A stretch of DNA of 64,000 nt from contig OZ252098.1 of assembly GCA_965248355.1 (NCBI GenBank), positions 896,001-960,000 on the forward strand, written 5' to 3'. Origin of the DNA: Candidatus Latescibacterota bacterium (lineage in GTDB: Bacteria; Latescibacterota; UBA2968; UBA8231). This document shows, in pieces, positions 53,439 to 63,793 of the stretch. Under the pieces are notes generated by a model that saw only the letters and a program-made list of their open reading frames with translations, was not told the DNA's origin and made no database searches. Each line of letters starts with the position of its first letter. Within the stretch, counting starts at the first letter, position 1. The position numbers and the translations under genes were made by a program.

Positions 53439-54652
53439 CTCGGGGAGGGGGCATCGTGTATCGCATGGGAGAGGCGGAGATCCGCCGGATCCGCCGCCTG
53501 ATCGAGTCGGGAGAGATCTTCCGCTACGGCTCCGGAGGCGAGTGCGACCGATTCGAGGCGGCCTGGGCCTCCCACCTGGGCGTGAAGTACGCGCGCATGA
53601 CCCGGTCCGGAACCTCCGCCCTGTACACCGCCCTCGTCGGTCTCGGCGTGGGACCGGGGGACCAGGTGGTGGTGCCGGCCTACACCTACATGGCGACGGC
53701 GCTGGCGGTGCTGTCGGCCGGGGCCATCCCCGTGATCGCCGACGTGGACGACTCTCTCACCCTGTCGGCTGCGGACCTGGAACGCCGCCTGACCCGGCAC
53801 ACGCGGGCCGTGATCCCCGTGCACATGGTCGGGCTCCCCTGCGACATGGACGGCATCATGAAGGTCGCCCGGCGCCACGACCTGCTCGTCCTGGAAGACG
53901 CCTGCCAGGCCGTCGGCGGGGGCTACCGGGGCAAGGCCCTGGGAGCGATCGGCCACGCCGGCGCCTTCAGCTTCAACTTCTTCAAGAACATCACCTGCGG
54001 AGAAGGCGGGGCCTTCGTCACCAGGTCCAAGGCGGTGTTCGACCGGGGCTCCGTGGCCGTCGACTGCTGCTCCTTCTACTGGGAAGCGGGCCCGGAGGCG
54101 GACGACGGGCCGCGGTCTCCCGAAGACCTGCAGTTCGCCGGTCACAACTTCCGCGCCTCCGAGTTCGAGGGAGCCATCCTCAACGTCCAGCTCCGGCGCC
54201 TCGATCGGATGCTCGCAAGGATGCGGGATCAGAAGAAGGCCCTGGTCGAGGCCGGGGAGGCCGCGGGTCTGACCTCGATCCGCAACCACAGCCTGGACCA
54301 CGAGTGCGGTACCCACGCCGGTTTCCTGTTCGATACAGCGGAGCGAGCGCGGGCGTTCTCGGCGGAGCTCGGCCGCAGGGGCGTGGGCAGCTTCCGACCC
54401 GTGGATACGGGCCGCCACGTGTATACCCGGTGGGAGCCGATCCTGCGGCAGCAGGGAGCGCACCATCCGGCCCTGGACCCGTTCAAGATCCCGGCCAACC
54501 GCAAGTGCCGGGTGAGCTACTCCCGCGACATGTGCGCCCGCTCCCTCGACATCCTGGGGCGCGCCGTGCTGGTGCCGTGCCATCCCGACCACCGAAAGCC
54601 CCGGATCGAGGCCATGATCAGGGGGCTGGAAGACGCCTCGGCTGGGTCATGA
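53435..54652 (+). CDS. DegT/DnrJ/EryC1/StrS aminotransferase
   Basis: SGTSAL, PVHMVG, EDACQA, FSFNFFKNITCGEGG. Confidence 0.93.
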   Translation: MTRGGGIVYRMGEAEIRRIRRLIESGEIFRYGSGGECDRFEAAWASHLGVKYARMTRSGTSALYTALVGLGVGPGDQVVVPAYTYMATALAVLSAGAIPVIADVDDSLTLSAADLERRLTRHTRAVIPVHMVGLPCDMDGIMKVARRHDLLVLEDACQAVGGGYRGKALGAIGHAGAFSFNFFKNITCGEGGAFVTRSKAVFDRGSVAVDCCSFYWEAGPEADDGPRSPEDLQFAGHNFRASEFEGAILNVQLRRLDRMLARMRDQKKALVEAGEAAGLTSIRNHSLDHECGTHAGFLFDTAERARAFSAELGRRGVGSFRPVDTGRHVYTRWEPILRQQGAHHPALDPFKIPANRKCRVSYSRDMCARSLDILGRAVLVPCHPDHRKPRIEAMIRGLEDASAGS

Positions 54653-56670
54653 AGGGCCCCCCGGAGCTGATCACCGTCGGTTCCGATCCCGGCAGCGGCG
54701 ACCGGCGCCTGCTGGCGCCCCGCGCTCTGACGACGCCGTGCGGGCTGGCTCCGCCCGCCGACCTGGCGGCCTGGCGGCGCCGGGCCGCCCACATCCGCGA
54801 ACGGATCCTCTCGGTGACCGGGCTCTTGCCGTGGCCGCCGCGGCCGCCCCTGAGAGCCCGCGTCTTCGGCCGCGTCGAGGGGCGGGGCTACTCGGTCGAA
54901 AAGGTCCACTTCGAGAGCCTGCCGGGATTCTTCGTGTGCGGCAATCTCTACCGGCCCCTCGGTCTGAGCGAGGCGGCGCCCGGGATCGCCTGCCCCCACG
55001 GACACTGGTCGGCGGGCCGGCTCCACCACGAGCCCGTGGGCTCGGTCCCCGGCCGCGGCATCGGTCTGGCCCGCCTCGGCTGCGTGGCCTTCACCTACGA
55101 CATGGTGGGCTACAACGACTCCGCCCAGGTCGAGCACCGCCACCCCTTCGGGCCTGGCGCCGGGCCGTGGGGCGTCGGCCAACTCGGGCTGCAGCTGTGG
55201 AACAGCCTTCGGGTCATCGATTTCCTGTGCTCGCTGGACGACGTCGACGATGGCCGCATCGGCGTCACCGGCGCCTCCGGCGGCGGCACCCAGACCTTTC
55301 TGCTGACGGCCGTCGACGACCGCGTGGCCGCCGCCGCCCCGGTGAACATGATCTCGGGTCACATGCAGGGGGGGTGCGTCTGCGAGAATCAGGCTCATCT
55401 GCGCATCGATCTGAACAACATCGAGATCGCCGCCTGCGCGGCGCCCCGGCCGCTGATGATGGTCTCGGCCACCGGCGACTGGACCGTGCACACGCCGTAT
55501 CACGAATACCCCGCCGTCCGCCGGGTCTACGATCTCTTCGGAGCCGCTGGCCGCGTCCACACCTGCCAGGTGGAGGCGGAACACAACTACAATCAGGCGA
55601 GCCGGGAGGCCGTGTACGGCTTCTTCCGCCGCTACCTGCTCGATGGTTCGAGCGCATCGGTGCGGGAGGCAGCCCTGGACCCCGTCGATCCGGCGGATCT
55701 CCAGGTCTTCTCCCGGCATCCCGCCTCGGGCCGGCCCCTGCTGCCGCAACGGGCCCTGGCGCCGCAGGGCCTTGTCGACGCCGTCGAGCGCAGGCTCAGG
55801 CGCCGCAACGCCCTCCTGCAGCCGGGGGACAGCCGCGGACTGCGGCGGTTGCGCTCGGTCCTCGGTCCGGCCCTGAGGCACTCTCTCTCGGCGCGCATGC
55901 CCGCCGACGGCGAGGTGGATGTCCTGGAGCGGGGGCGGGAGCGCCTGCGCCGGTCCGGAGGAGATCTGTTGTACGAGCGTTTCCTGCTGAGGCTGGATGG
56001 CGGCGCCGTTCCGGCGCTGATGGTCTCGGCGCCCTCGGCAGCCCGGGGCCCGGCGGCCCTGCTGGTCCACGGCGAGGGCAAGGCGGCGTTGTTCACGGGG
56101 GAGGGGAGACCTCGCGCTCCGGGCCTGGACCTGCTTCGGGCGGGGCACCGGGTGTTGTACATCGATCCCTTTCTCACCGGAGAAGCCGGCGGCGGCGATC
56201 ACCCCTACCCGGGCGAGGGGATCGACCACTTCTTCACCTACAACCCGGTGCCGGCGGCGGCGCGGGTCCAGGACGTGCTCACGGCCCTGGGCTATCTGCG
56301 CGACCGGCACGACACCACCAGCCTGCGCCTGGTCGGTCAGGGGCAGGCCGGCCTCTGGTGCCTGTTCGCCGCCGCCGTGGCCGGCTCCCGGGGGCCGAGG
56401 GCCACCTGTGTCGAGGTGACGGGATTCCACTTCGAGCGGGACTGGGAGGAGACCTGCCCCGTCCCGGCGATCCGCGCCGCCGGCGACGTGACCACCGCCG
56501 CGGCCCTGGTCGCGCCGGCCCGGCTGGCCGTTCACGGGGCCACGGCCGGCCATCGATTCCCGGCCGCCGCTGTCAGGAGGGTCTTCCGGTCGTCGGCCCA
56601 CCCCGAGGCCCTGACCATCGCCAGCCGCCCATGGCCGGCCGCCCGGCAGGCGAGCTGGCTCCTGGCCTAG
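54649..56670 (+). CDS. Tandem alpha/beta-hydrolase (acetylxylan esterase-like)
   Basis: EKVHFESLPG, CPHGHW, RIGVTGASGGGTQT, GGCVCE, APRP, HNYN; a second hydrolase-like half follows. Confidence 0.85.
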   Translation: MKGPPELITVGSDPGSGDRRLLAPRALTTPCGLAPPADLAAWRRRAAHIRERILSVTGLLPWPPRPPLRARVFGRVEGRGYSVEKVHFESLPGFFVCGNLYRPLGLSEAAPGIACPHGHWSAGRLHHEPVGSVPGRGIGLARLGCVAFTYDMVGYNDSAQVEHRHPFGPGAGPWGVGQLGLQLWNSLRVIDFLCSLDDVDDGRIGVTGASGGGTQTFLLTAVDDRVAAAAPVNMISGHMQGGCVCENQAHLRIDLNNIEIAACAAPRPLMMVSATGDWTVHTPYHEYPAVRRVYDLFGAAGRVHTCQVEAEHNYNQASREAVYGFFRRYLLDGSSASVREAALDPVDPADLQVFSRHPASGRPLLPQRALAPQGLVDAVERRLRRRNALLQPGDSRGLRRLRSVLGPALRHSLSARMPADGEVDVLERGRERLRRSGGDLLYERFLLRLDGGAVPALMVSAPSAARGPAALLVHGEGKAALFTGEGRPRAPGLDLLRAGHRVLYIDPFLTGEAGGGDHPYPGEGIDHFFTYNPVPAAARVQDVLTALGYLRDRHDTTSLRLVGQGQAGLWCLFAAAVAGSRGPRATCVEVTGFHFERDWEETCPVPAIRAAGDVTTAAALVAPARLAVHGATAGHRFPAAAVRRVFRSSAHPEALTIASRPWPAARQASWLLA

Positions 56671-56695
56671 TGGGGGGCAGGCCCCCGGTCCGGCG

Positions 56696-57583
56696 ATGAA
56701 CTCCGAAGAGCTGCAGGCGAAGAAGGGCCGAGGCGAGCCGATCGTGGTGCTCACCTGCTACGACAGCCCTACGGCGGCCTGGCAGGAGGCGGCCGGTGTC
56801 GACGTCGTGTTCTGCGCCGACAGCGTCGGCACGAACCTGCTCGGGTACGACGACGAGCGGCAGGTCACCATGGACGACATGATCCACCACCTCAAGGCCG
56901 TCCGGCGCGGCCTGGGGGACGGCGCCTACCTGCTCGCCGACCTGCCGTACGGCTCCTGCGACCGGCCCGGGGAGGCTCTGGACAACTCCCTGCGCTTCAC
57001 CGCTCTCGGCGCCGACGGCGTCAAGCTGGAGGGATTCAGGCCGGGAGAGGTTGCGGCCCTGAGCGAGCGCGGACTCGACGTGTGGTGCCATCTCGGCCTG
57101 AACCCGCAGATCCATGAGGCCAAGCGGATCAAGGCGCGTACGGCAAAGGCCGCCGCCCGGCTCGTGGAGAGGGCCCTCCGGCTGGAGGACGCGGGGGCGC
57201 GTTTCCTGGTCCTCGAGCTGATCCCGGAGGAGGTGGCCCGCGCCGTCACCGAGCGCCTCGCCATCCCCACCATCGGCATCGCCGCCGGCCGCTTCACGGA
57301 TGGTCAGGTACTCGTCGTCACCGACCTGCTCGGTGTCCACGAACTCGATCTGCGCCACGTGCGCCGATACGCCGAGTTCGCGCGGCAGGGGAGACGGGCC
57401 TTCGCCGACTACGCCGCCGATGTGCGCCAGGGCCGCTTTCCCGCCCCCGGGCAGGCATGGCGGATGAAGGAGGGCGAGGCGGCCGAATTCGAGCGGTGGC
57501 TGGCCGGACATCCTTCCATCACGACGCTTCCTTCAGGTCCGCCTGCAGGTCGAGGCGGGGCAGGTCCACATGCCGGACCCTGA
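56696..57583 (+). CDS. panB: 3-methyl-2-oxobutanoate hydroxymethyltransferase
   Basis: LTCYD, DSVG, ADLPYGS, VKLEG, HLGLNPQ, PTIGI, DGQVLV. Confidence 0.95.
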   Translation: MNSEELQAKKGRGEPIVVLTCYDSPTAAWQEAAGVDVVFCADSVGTNLLGYDDERQVTMDDMIHHLKAVRRGLGDGAYLLADLPYGSCDRPGEALDNSLRFTALGADGVKLEGFRPGEVAALSERGLDVWCHLGLNPQIHEAKRIKARTAKAAARLVERALRLEDAGARFLVLELIPEEVARAVTERLAIPTIGIAAGRFTDGQVLVVTDLLGVHELDLRHVRRYAEFARQGRRAFADYAADVRQGRFPAPGQAWRMKEGEAAEFERWLAGHPSITTLPSGPPAGRGGAGPHAGP

Positions 57584-59384
57584 CCTCGTAACGACTCCCC
57601 GGCCGGCCCCCTGACGGCAGGCTGACCGAGGTCTCCAGGGCGAGCTCAGGGATCAGCAGCAGGCCCCGCCGCCCCCTCACGTCGATCAGCTCCGCTTCGC
57701 CCTGCCATCCGGGCCGCTGTTGCAGCCAGGCCAGGGTCCAGTGGCGGTTGGCGAGCCGTTCGGTGGTGCGCACCGCCCTGGACGCGGCCTCGGCCTGTGC
57801 CCCGCGCTCCAGCATCCGCCCTTCGTCGAGTGGCTCGGTACCCGTCGCCCAGGCCCGGAGCTGCTGATGGACGAGCAGATCGAGATAGCGGCGCAGGGGG
57901 CTCGTTGCGCGCACATAGGCCTGCAGTCCCAGGCCCTGGTGCGGCGCCGGCTCTCCGCTGACGCGGGCGGGAGCCTGTCGGCGGCGCAGGGAGAAGGCGG
58001 CGGCCAGGGACCCCTCCGGGGCCGGCTGGACCGCGTCGATGGCGGGGTTCGCCTGCTGCACGGAGAACGGCATGGGGACCCCGCTCTCGGCGGCCCGGCG
58101 GGCCGTCCCTTCGCCGGCCAGCACCATGGCCTCGGCCACCATCCTCCGGATCGGGGAGGGCACGAGGGGCTCGATGTCGATGACCGGCCCCTCCCTCTCA
58201 CCGCTGACGCGGATGCGCGCTTCCGGCCACTGCAGGTCGAGGGCCCCTGCGGCCATCCTCCGGAAACGGGCCAGATCGGTCAGCTGCACCAGCTGCTCGA
58301 GGATCGGGTTCCCGGCCCGGCGTTCCTGGGCGGCTCCATAGCTCAACCGCTCGACCCGCACCTGGGAAAGCAGGAAACCGCACTCCGTGACCGAGCCCTC
58401 GCCGTCGAGCACAAGGCGAAAGGACAGGGCTGGCGACTCCCCCCCTTCGCCCAGGCCCAGCGCCAGTCCATCCACCACCCGGCCCGGCAGCATCGGCACC
58501 TGGCCATCGGGCAGATAGAGGGTGGCCCCTCGTCCCCGGGCCTCCAGGTCCGCCGGGGTGTCCGGGGCCACCACGGAGGCCACGTCGGCCACGTGCACCC
58601 AGATGGCTCCGTCCTCGTCCAGGGAGACGGCGTCGTCGGGATCGCGGCTGCCTTCGTCGTCTATGGCGAAGGCGGGCATATGGGTGAGATCCCGCCGGGG
58701 CTCGGAGGCTGGATCTCCGACGGGCGCACGGGGCGCCTCCAGGGAGAGTCCGTTCCTGGCGGCGTAGGGCAGGTCGCTCACCGACCAGTGGCCGATTTCC
58801 AGCAGCAGAGCATGTGCGTTCTCCGCCGTCTCGGCGCGGCCCAGCTCCTTCAGCAGGGAGGAACCCTGGCGGCGGCCCCGGGCCAACTCCTCCAGGGGGC
58901 GGAGGAAGTCGTCGTCCCCGGCGGCCGCGGCGCCGCGGCGCATGCGGTCGACAAAGGCGGACCAGGCTTGGGCCCGCAGGGCCGCCTGCTCGCGGCGGAG
59001 GCTCTCCTCGGCCACCTCCCCGGAGGAGCGGGCGAGCACGGCCTCCGGCGATCCGGAGAAGTGCAGACCGTCGGCGACCAGTCGCCAGCTGGCCCATACG
59101 GCGGCCGGTGTGACGCCGCCGAAGAGGAGCTCGGCGAGAGTCGCCAGATCGCAGGAGCCTTCGCCGTGGAGCAGGTCGCGCACCACGTCGACGGGCTCGA
59201 CCGGTTCCGGGGCGGAGAGGCCGGCCAGCGTACAGGGTCCGGGATGCAGCAGCGTCACGTCTTTCGGCCGAACGCGGCGCAATCCACCCTCGGTCTCGAT
59301 TTCCAGGCGGTTCGTCCCGGGTTTCTTGACGCAGGCTTGACGGCCCTTGTAGAGTACGAGCCCGCCTGTGGGCAGTTCACTCAT
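57519..59384 (-). CDS. RNB-domain exoribonuclease (RNase II-like)
   Basis: FAIDDEGSRDPDDAVS, VHVADV, TLYLP, MVAEAM, HQGLGL..Y..ATSPLRRYLDL. Confidence 0.93.
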   Translation of the reverse strand: MSELPTGGLVLYKGRQACVKKPGTNRLEIETEGGLRRVRPKDVTLLHPGPCTLAGLSAPEPVEPVDVVRDLLHGEGSCDLATLAELLFGGVTPAAVWASWRLVADGLHFSGSPEAVLARSSGEVAEESLRREQAALRAQAWSAFVDRMRRGAAAAGDDDFLRPLEELARGRRQGSSLLKELGRAETAENAHALLLEIGHWSVSDLPYAARNGLSLEAPRAPVGDPASEPRRDLTHMPAFAIDDEGSRDPDDAVSLDEDGAIWVHVADVASVVAPDTPADLEARGRGATLYLPDGQVPMLPGRVVDGLALGLGEGGESPALSFRLVLDGEGSVTECGFLLSQVRVERLSYGAAQERRAGNPILEQLVQLTDLARFRRMAAGALDLQWPEARIRVSGEREGPVIDIEPLVPSPIRRMVAEAMVLAGEGTARRAAESGVPMPFSVQQANPAIDAVQPAPEGSLAAAFSLRRRQAPARVSGEPAPHQGLGLQAYVRATSPLRRYLDLLVHQQLRAWATGTEPLDEGRMLERGAQAEAASRAVRTTERLANRHWTLAWLQQRPGWQGEAELIDVRGRRGLLLIPELALETSVSLPSGGRPGSRYEVRVRHVDLPRLDLQADLKEAS

Positions 59385-59475
59385 TCCCGATCCTCCGTCC
59401 TCTTCGTGCAAAGCTGCACCCGCCCCTGCCGGCTGTCCACGGCGGCCTTTCCCGGCGGCCCCCGCTAGGCTCGGC

Positions 59476-60969
59476 GTGTCCCGGGATCTCTCTCTCGGCA
59501 TCGACCTGGGCACCACCAGCGTCAAGGTCCTGCTGCTCCACCGGAGCGGACGGGTGGAGGCGACCGCCTCGGCCGGCTACCCCCTGCACACCCCGAGGCC
59601 CCGGTGGGTCGAGCAGGAGCCGGGGGACTGGTGGCGGGCCACGTGCGAGGCCTTGCGCCAGGTTCTGCGGGCGATAGAGCCCGGCCGCATCGACGGACTC
59701 TCCCTTTCGGGGCAGCTGAACGGCGGGCTCTTCCTCGACGAGAGGCTGGAGCCGCTGCGACCGGTGCCGATCTGGCTCGACCACAGGGCCGAGGAGGTCT
59801 GCCGGCGGGTGCATGCCAGCAGGGCGGCGGCTTGTCTGCTCGAGAGGGCCCGGCAGCGCTTGACGCCCGTCAACACGCTGGCCAAGATCCTCTGGGTGCG
59901 CGACCACGAACCGGAGGTGTACGAGAGGACCCGCGTCGTCCTGCTGCCGAAGGACTGGCTTCGCCTGCGCCTCACCGGCAGCCCGGGCACCGACCTGACC
60001 GATGCCTCGGTGACCGCCGCCCTCGACCTGCAGGAGGGATGCTGGTCGTCGGAGATCCTCCAGGCCCTGGGTGTGGACGAGGGCCTGTTTCCATCCCTGT
60101 CCCGGTCGACCGACGTGGTCGGCGCCGTCACCGAGGAGGCGGCGGCCGCCACCGGACTGCCGGCCGGCATCCCGGTGTGCGCCGGAGGCGGGGACATGCC
60201 CTGTCTGGCGGTCGGCAGTGGCGTGGTTCGTCCGGGGGTCGTCTCCCTGGGGATCGGCACCGCCGCCCACGCCACGACCTACGCTCCACGGCTCGAGACC
60301 GCTTCGGAGGCCGCCACCGAGGGGTTGTGGCCCATGTGTCATCCCGACGCCCGCGGCTACGCCTGGCTCGGCTGCTCCTTCACCGGGGGCGAGAGTCTGC
60401 GCTGGCTCACCGGGGTCCTGGAAGCCGGCTTCGAGGACCTGCTGGCCGGCGCCGCCGGAATCGATGCCGGGAGTGAAGGACTGGTCTTCGCCCCCTGGCT
60501 GGAAGGCCGGGCCACCCCGGGCCCCGACCCCTCCGCCCGGGGATGCTTCCTGGGACTGAGCCTGCGCCACGGCCGCGGCCACATGGTCCGCGCCGTCCTG
60601 GAGGGTGTGGCCTACGACCTGCGAGAGTCGCTGGAGTGCTTCCGTCTGGCCGGACTGGAGGAGCACGAGATCCGCATCGGGGAAGGGGGCCTGCGCTCCG
60701 CCTTGTGGCGGCAGATCGTGGCGGACGTGGTTGGCGTTCCGGTGCGGGTCCTGGCCGTGGAAGATCCATCCGCTCTCGGCGCGGCCCTGATCGCCGCCGT
60801 CGGAACGGGGATGTTCGACGACTTCGAGGAGGCCTGCGACGCGGCGGTAGGGCTGGCCGGGAGGGTGGAACCGGAGGACGAGGCGCGCTCGGTCTACGAG
60901 GAGGGGTTCGAGGAGTACCAACAGATCTATCCCGCCCTGCGGGACTGGCACGGAGCCCGCGGCGCGTGA
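59476..60969 (+). CDS. xylB: Xylulokinase / FGGY carbohydrate kinase
   Basis: GIDLGTTSVK, EQEP.DWW, SGQL, LLPKD, GGGD, RAVLEGVAY, SALGAA; substrate not proven. Confidence 0.85.
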   Translation: MSRDLSLGIDLGTTSVKVLLLHRSGRVEATASAGYPLHTPRPRWVEQEPGDWWRATCEALRQVLRAIEPGRIDGLSLSGQLNGGLFLDERLEPLRPVPIWLDHRAEEVCRRVHASRAAACLLERARQRLTPVNTLAKILWVRDHEPEVYERTRVVLLPKDWLRLRLTGSPGTDLTDASVTAALDLQEGCWSSEILQALGVDEGLFPSLSRSTDVVGAVTEEAAAATGLPAGIPVCAGGGDMPCLAVGSGVVRPGVVSLGIGTAAHATTYAPRLETASEAATEGLWPMCHPDARGYAWLGCSFTGGESLRWLTGVLEAGFEDLLAGAAGIDAGSEGLVFAPWLEGRATPGPDPSARGCFLGLSLRHGRGHMVRAVLEGVAYDLRESLECFRLAGLEEHEIRIGEGGLRSALWRQIVADVVGVPVRVLAVEDPSALGAALIAAVGTGMFDDFEEACDAAVGLAGRVEPEDEARSVYEEGFEEYQQIYPALRDWHGARGA

Positions 60970-61208
60970 AGTCCCGACCCCCAGCCGAGGTGGAGGGACT
61001 CCGCGACGAGCCCCGGCGGCATCCGCTGGTATGGGTGGTGTACCTGCTGCTGTTCGCCGGCGCCGTTCCCTGGTACTGGCCCACGGGCTACCGGGGCCCG
61101 CTCGTCCTCGGCCTGCCTCTGTGGGCCGCCGTGAGCCTGGGCGCCGTGGTGCTCATGGCCCTGTGGACGGGGTTCGTGATCCGGCGCTGGTGGCGGGAGG
61201 AGGACTGA
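60966..61208 (+). CDS. Small two-TM protein (DUF3311-like SSS accessory subunit)
   Basis: WVVYLLLFAGAVPWYW..PLVLGLPLW; sits directly before the SSS gene. Confidence 0.75.
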   Translation: MKSRPPAEVEGLRDEPRRHPLVWVVYLLLFAGAVPWYWPTGYRGPLVLGLPLWAAVSLGAVVLMALWTGFVIRRWWREED

Positions 61209-62672
61209 ATGGAATCCGGATCCGGCTTCGGCATCGGCGCCCTCCTTCTCATCGGCCTCTACCTGGTCATGATGATCGGCGTCGGCTGGATCGGCCGAAT
61301 GCGGCGCCAGAGCGACAGCATGGCCGACTTCTACCTGGCCGGGCGCTCCATGGGCCTGCCGGTGCTGCTGCTGACCCTGTACGCCACCCAGTACAGCGGC
61401 AACACCCTGTTCGGGTACACGGGCAAGGCCTACCGGATCGGGTTCGAGTGGACGGTTTCGGTCATGTTCATGTTCTCCATCATCGTCGGCTACCTCCTCT
61501 TCGCGCCACGGCTGGTGGTCCTGGCCCGGCGCCTGGAGTTCATCACCCCGGGCGACTACATACGGCACCGCTTCGGCTCGCCCTTCCTGACCCTGCTGGC
61601 CACCCTGCTCATGATCTACGCCCTCGGCAACTACACCCTGGCGCAACTCAAGGCGATGGGGGTGGCGGTGGAGGGGATCACCGACGGCGGCATCCCCTCG
61701 GCCTACGGCATCATCGCCCTGGCGGTGATCATGGTCGTCTACGAAACCCTCGGGGGCATGCGCTCCGTGGCCTGGACGGACGTCATCCAGGGCGTCGTCC
61801 TGCTCACCGGCTTCTCCATTCTCCTGTTCCTGGTGCCCGGGCTCGGCGGCGGCCTGACGGCGATCGTGGAGGAGCTGAGCGTGAGCGAGCCCGCCATGGT
61901 CGGGGCGCCCTCCCTGGAGATGTGCAACACCTGGATCAGCTTCGTCCTGCTCCTCGGCTGCGGCGCCGCCATCTATCCCCAGGCCATCCAGCGGCTCTAC
62001 GCCAGCCGCTCGGTGAGCGTCCTCAAGCGGTCGCTCACGATCATGGCCTTCCTGCCCCTGACGACGACCCTGATCGCCCTCCTCTGCGGCCTCACGGGGC
62101 GCGTCGTACTCCCGGGCCTGGAGGGGGTCGAGACCGATCAGGTCCTCGGCCGTCTCTGCGCTCTGATCATGGAGCAGTCCGTGGCCGGTTACTGGCTCGT
62201 GGTGGTGATCTTCGCCGCCGCCCTCGCCGCCCTCATGTCCACGGCCGACTCCGCCCTGCTGAGCATCTCCTCCATGTTCACGCGCGACATCTACCAGGTC
62301 CACCTGCGGCCCCAAGCGGCCCAGTCGGAGTTGACCCTGGTGGGCAAGATCGTCTCCTGGGTGGTGGTGGCCGTGCTCGTGGTCATCGCCATCAGCACCG
62401 AGAAGACCCTCGTGCGCCTGCTGGAGCTGAAGTTCGAGGTCCTCATCCAGATCGTGCCCTGCTTCTTCCTCGGGCTGTACTGGCGCCGGCTGCGGACCCG
62501 GGTGGTCACGGCCGGCCTGCTCACGGGCCTGGCCATCGCCCTCGGCCTGACCGCCGCCGGCGTGAGCAAGCTCTACGGCTTCCACGCCGGCGTCGTCGGT
62601 CTGGGCGCCAACTTTCTCATCTGCGCCGCCGGCTGCCTGCTGGCGCCGGCGGAAAGGGAGGACGAAGGGTGA
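61209..62672 (+). CDS. Sodium:solute symporter family protein
   Basis: DFYLAGR, ATQYSG, GGMRSVAWTDVIQG, IQRLYA, AALMSTADS. Confidence 0.94.
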   Translation: MESGSGFGIGALLLIGLYLVMMIGVGWIGRMRRQSDSMADFYLAGRSMGLPVLLLTLYATQYSGNTLFGYTGKAYRIGFEWTVSVMFMFSIIVGYLLFAPRLVVLARRLEFITPGDYIRHRFGSPFLTLLATLLMIYALGNYTLAQLKAMGVAVEGITDGGIPSAYGIIALAVIMVVYETLGGMRSVAWTDVIQGVVLLTGFSILLFLVPGLGGGLTAIVEELSVSEPAMVGAPSLEMCNTWISFVLLLGCGAAIYPQAIQRLYASRSVSVLKRSLTIMAFLPLTTTLIALLCGLTGRVVLPGLEGVETDQVLGRLCALIMEQSVAGYWLVVVIFAAALAALMSTADSALLSISSMFTRDIYQVHLRPQAAQSELTLVGKIVSWVVVAVLVVIAISTEKTLVRLLELKFEVLIQIVPCFFLGLYWRRLRTRVVTAGLLTGLAIALGLTAAGVSKLYGFHAGVVGLGANFLICAAGCLLAPAEREDEG

Positions 62673-63793
62673 AGATCACCTCCGTGGACATATGGACCGT
62701 CGTGGTGCCGACGATCCCGGGGCGGGTGCATAGCCCGGAATGGGTCCCCGAGACGGGCTGGGACCAGGTGCCCAAGCATCTCCTGCGGCTGAACACGGAC
62801 ACCGAGCTGCACGGGATCGGGGAGACGGGACGGGGTGTCCCCCTGGACCAGGTGCAGGAAGGGGCGCGGCTCCTGCTCGGCAGCGATCCCGAGAGGTTGT
62901 GTCTCCGGGACATCTACAGCGTGCCCTGCGGGCGGGTCCTCGACGGCAGCGAACGCGGAGTGCCGGCCGGGGTGCAGCAGGGCCCCGCCTACGCGGCCTT
63001 CGAGATGGCCGTCCTCGACCTGGTGGGCCGTGCCCGGCAGCTGCCCGTCCACGCCCTGCTGGGGGGCGCCGTGCGCTCCCGCGTGCGCGCCGACTACTGG
63101 ATCGGCCACCAGACCCCCGAGGACGGCAGGCGTTCGGTCGAGCGCGCCCTGCGGCTGGGGTTCCACGGGGTCAAGATCAAGTGCAAGCTGGAGGAGCCGA
63201 TGGAGGAGCGCCTGCGCGCCATGCGCGACGCGGGGGGCGTCGACTTCAAGGTCACCGTCGACCCGAACGAGCGGTTCCATACGGCGGAACAGGCGATCGA
63301 GCTGGCCCACCGGCTCGTGGCCCTGGGCAACGTCGAGGTCTTCGAGGATCCGATACCGAAGTCGGACGTGGAGGGCTACGTCCGCATCCACGAGGAGGTG
63401 GACGCGCCCATCGCCATGCACCTGGGCAGCGGAGCGGCCATGCTGAAGGCGCTGGAGGCCGGATGCGTGGACTGCTTCAACCTGGGCAGCGGCCCCGTCC
63501 GGATGCCGGATCTGGCGCAGATCTCCGAGGCCGCGGGCCTGCCCTGCTGGCACGGGTCCGGCAACGACCTGGGGATCATGGACACCTCCTATGTCCACGC
63601 CGCGGCCCTGGCCCCCGCCTGCACCATGGCCTCCGACTTCGTCGGCAGCTGGACCCGGGAGGACGACCTCATCGTCGAGCCCATCGAGTTCGTCGACGGC
63701 TACGTGGCCACACCGCAGCGGCCGGGCCTGGGGTGCGACCTGGACCTGCGGGCCCTGCCCAGGTACACCCGGGCCCACGAGGAGATCCGTTGA
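62669..63793 (+). CDS. Mandelate racemase / muconate lactonizing enzyme family protein
   Basis: KITSVDIW, GIGET, AFEMAVLDL, KIK, VDPN, FEDP, PGLG. Confidence 0.9.
   Translation: MKITSVDIWTVVVPTIPGRVHSPEWVPETGWDQVPKHLLRLNTDTELHGIGETGRGVPLDQVQEGARLLLGSDPERLCLRDIYSVPCGRVLDGSERGVPAGVQQGPAYAAFEMAVLDLVGRARQLPVHALLGGAVRSRVRADYWIGHQTPEDGRRSVERALRLGFHGVKIKCKLEEPMEERLRAMRDAGGVDFKVTVDPNERFHTAEQAIELAHRLVALGNVEVFEDPIPKSDVEGYVRIHEEVDAPIAMHLGSGAAMLKALEAGCVDCFNLGSGPVRMPDLAQISEAAGLPCWHGSGNDLGIMDTSYVHAAALAPACTMASDFVGSWTREDDLIVEPIEFVDGYVATPQRPGLGCDLDLRALPRYTRAHEEIR

Noticed and set aside
57519..57583. 65-nt convergent overlap of panB and the RNB gene (also a 37-nt overlap at 2027-2063)
   Set aside because: Short tail overlaps are common in GC-rich genomes; no sign of function
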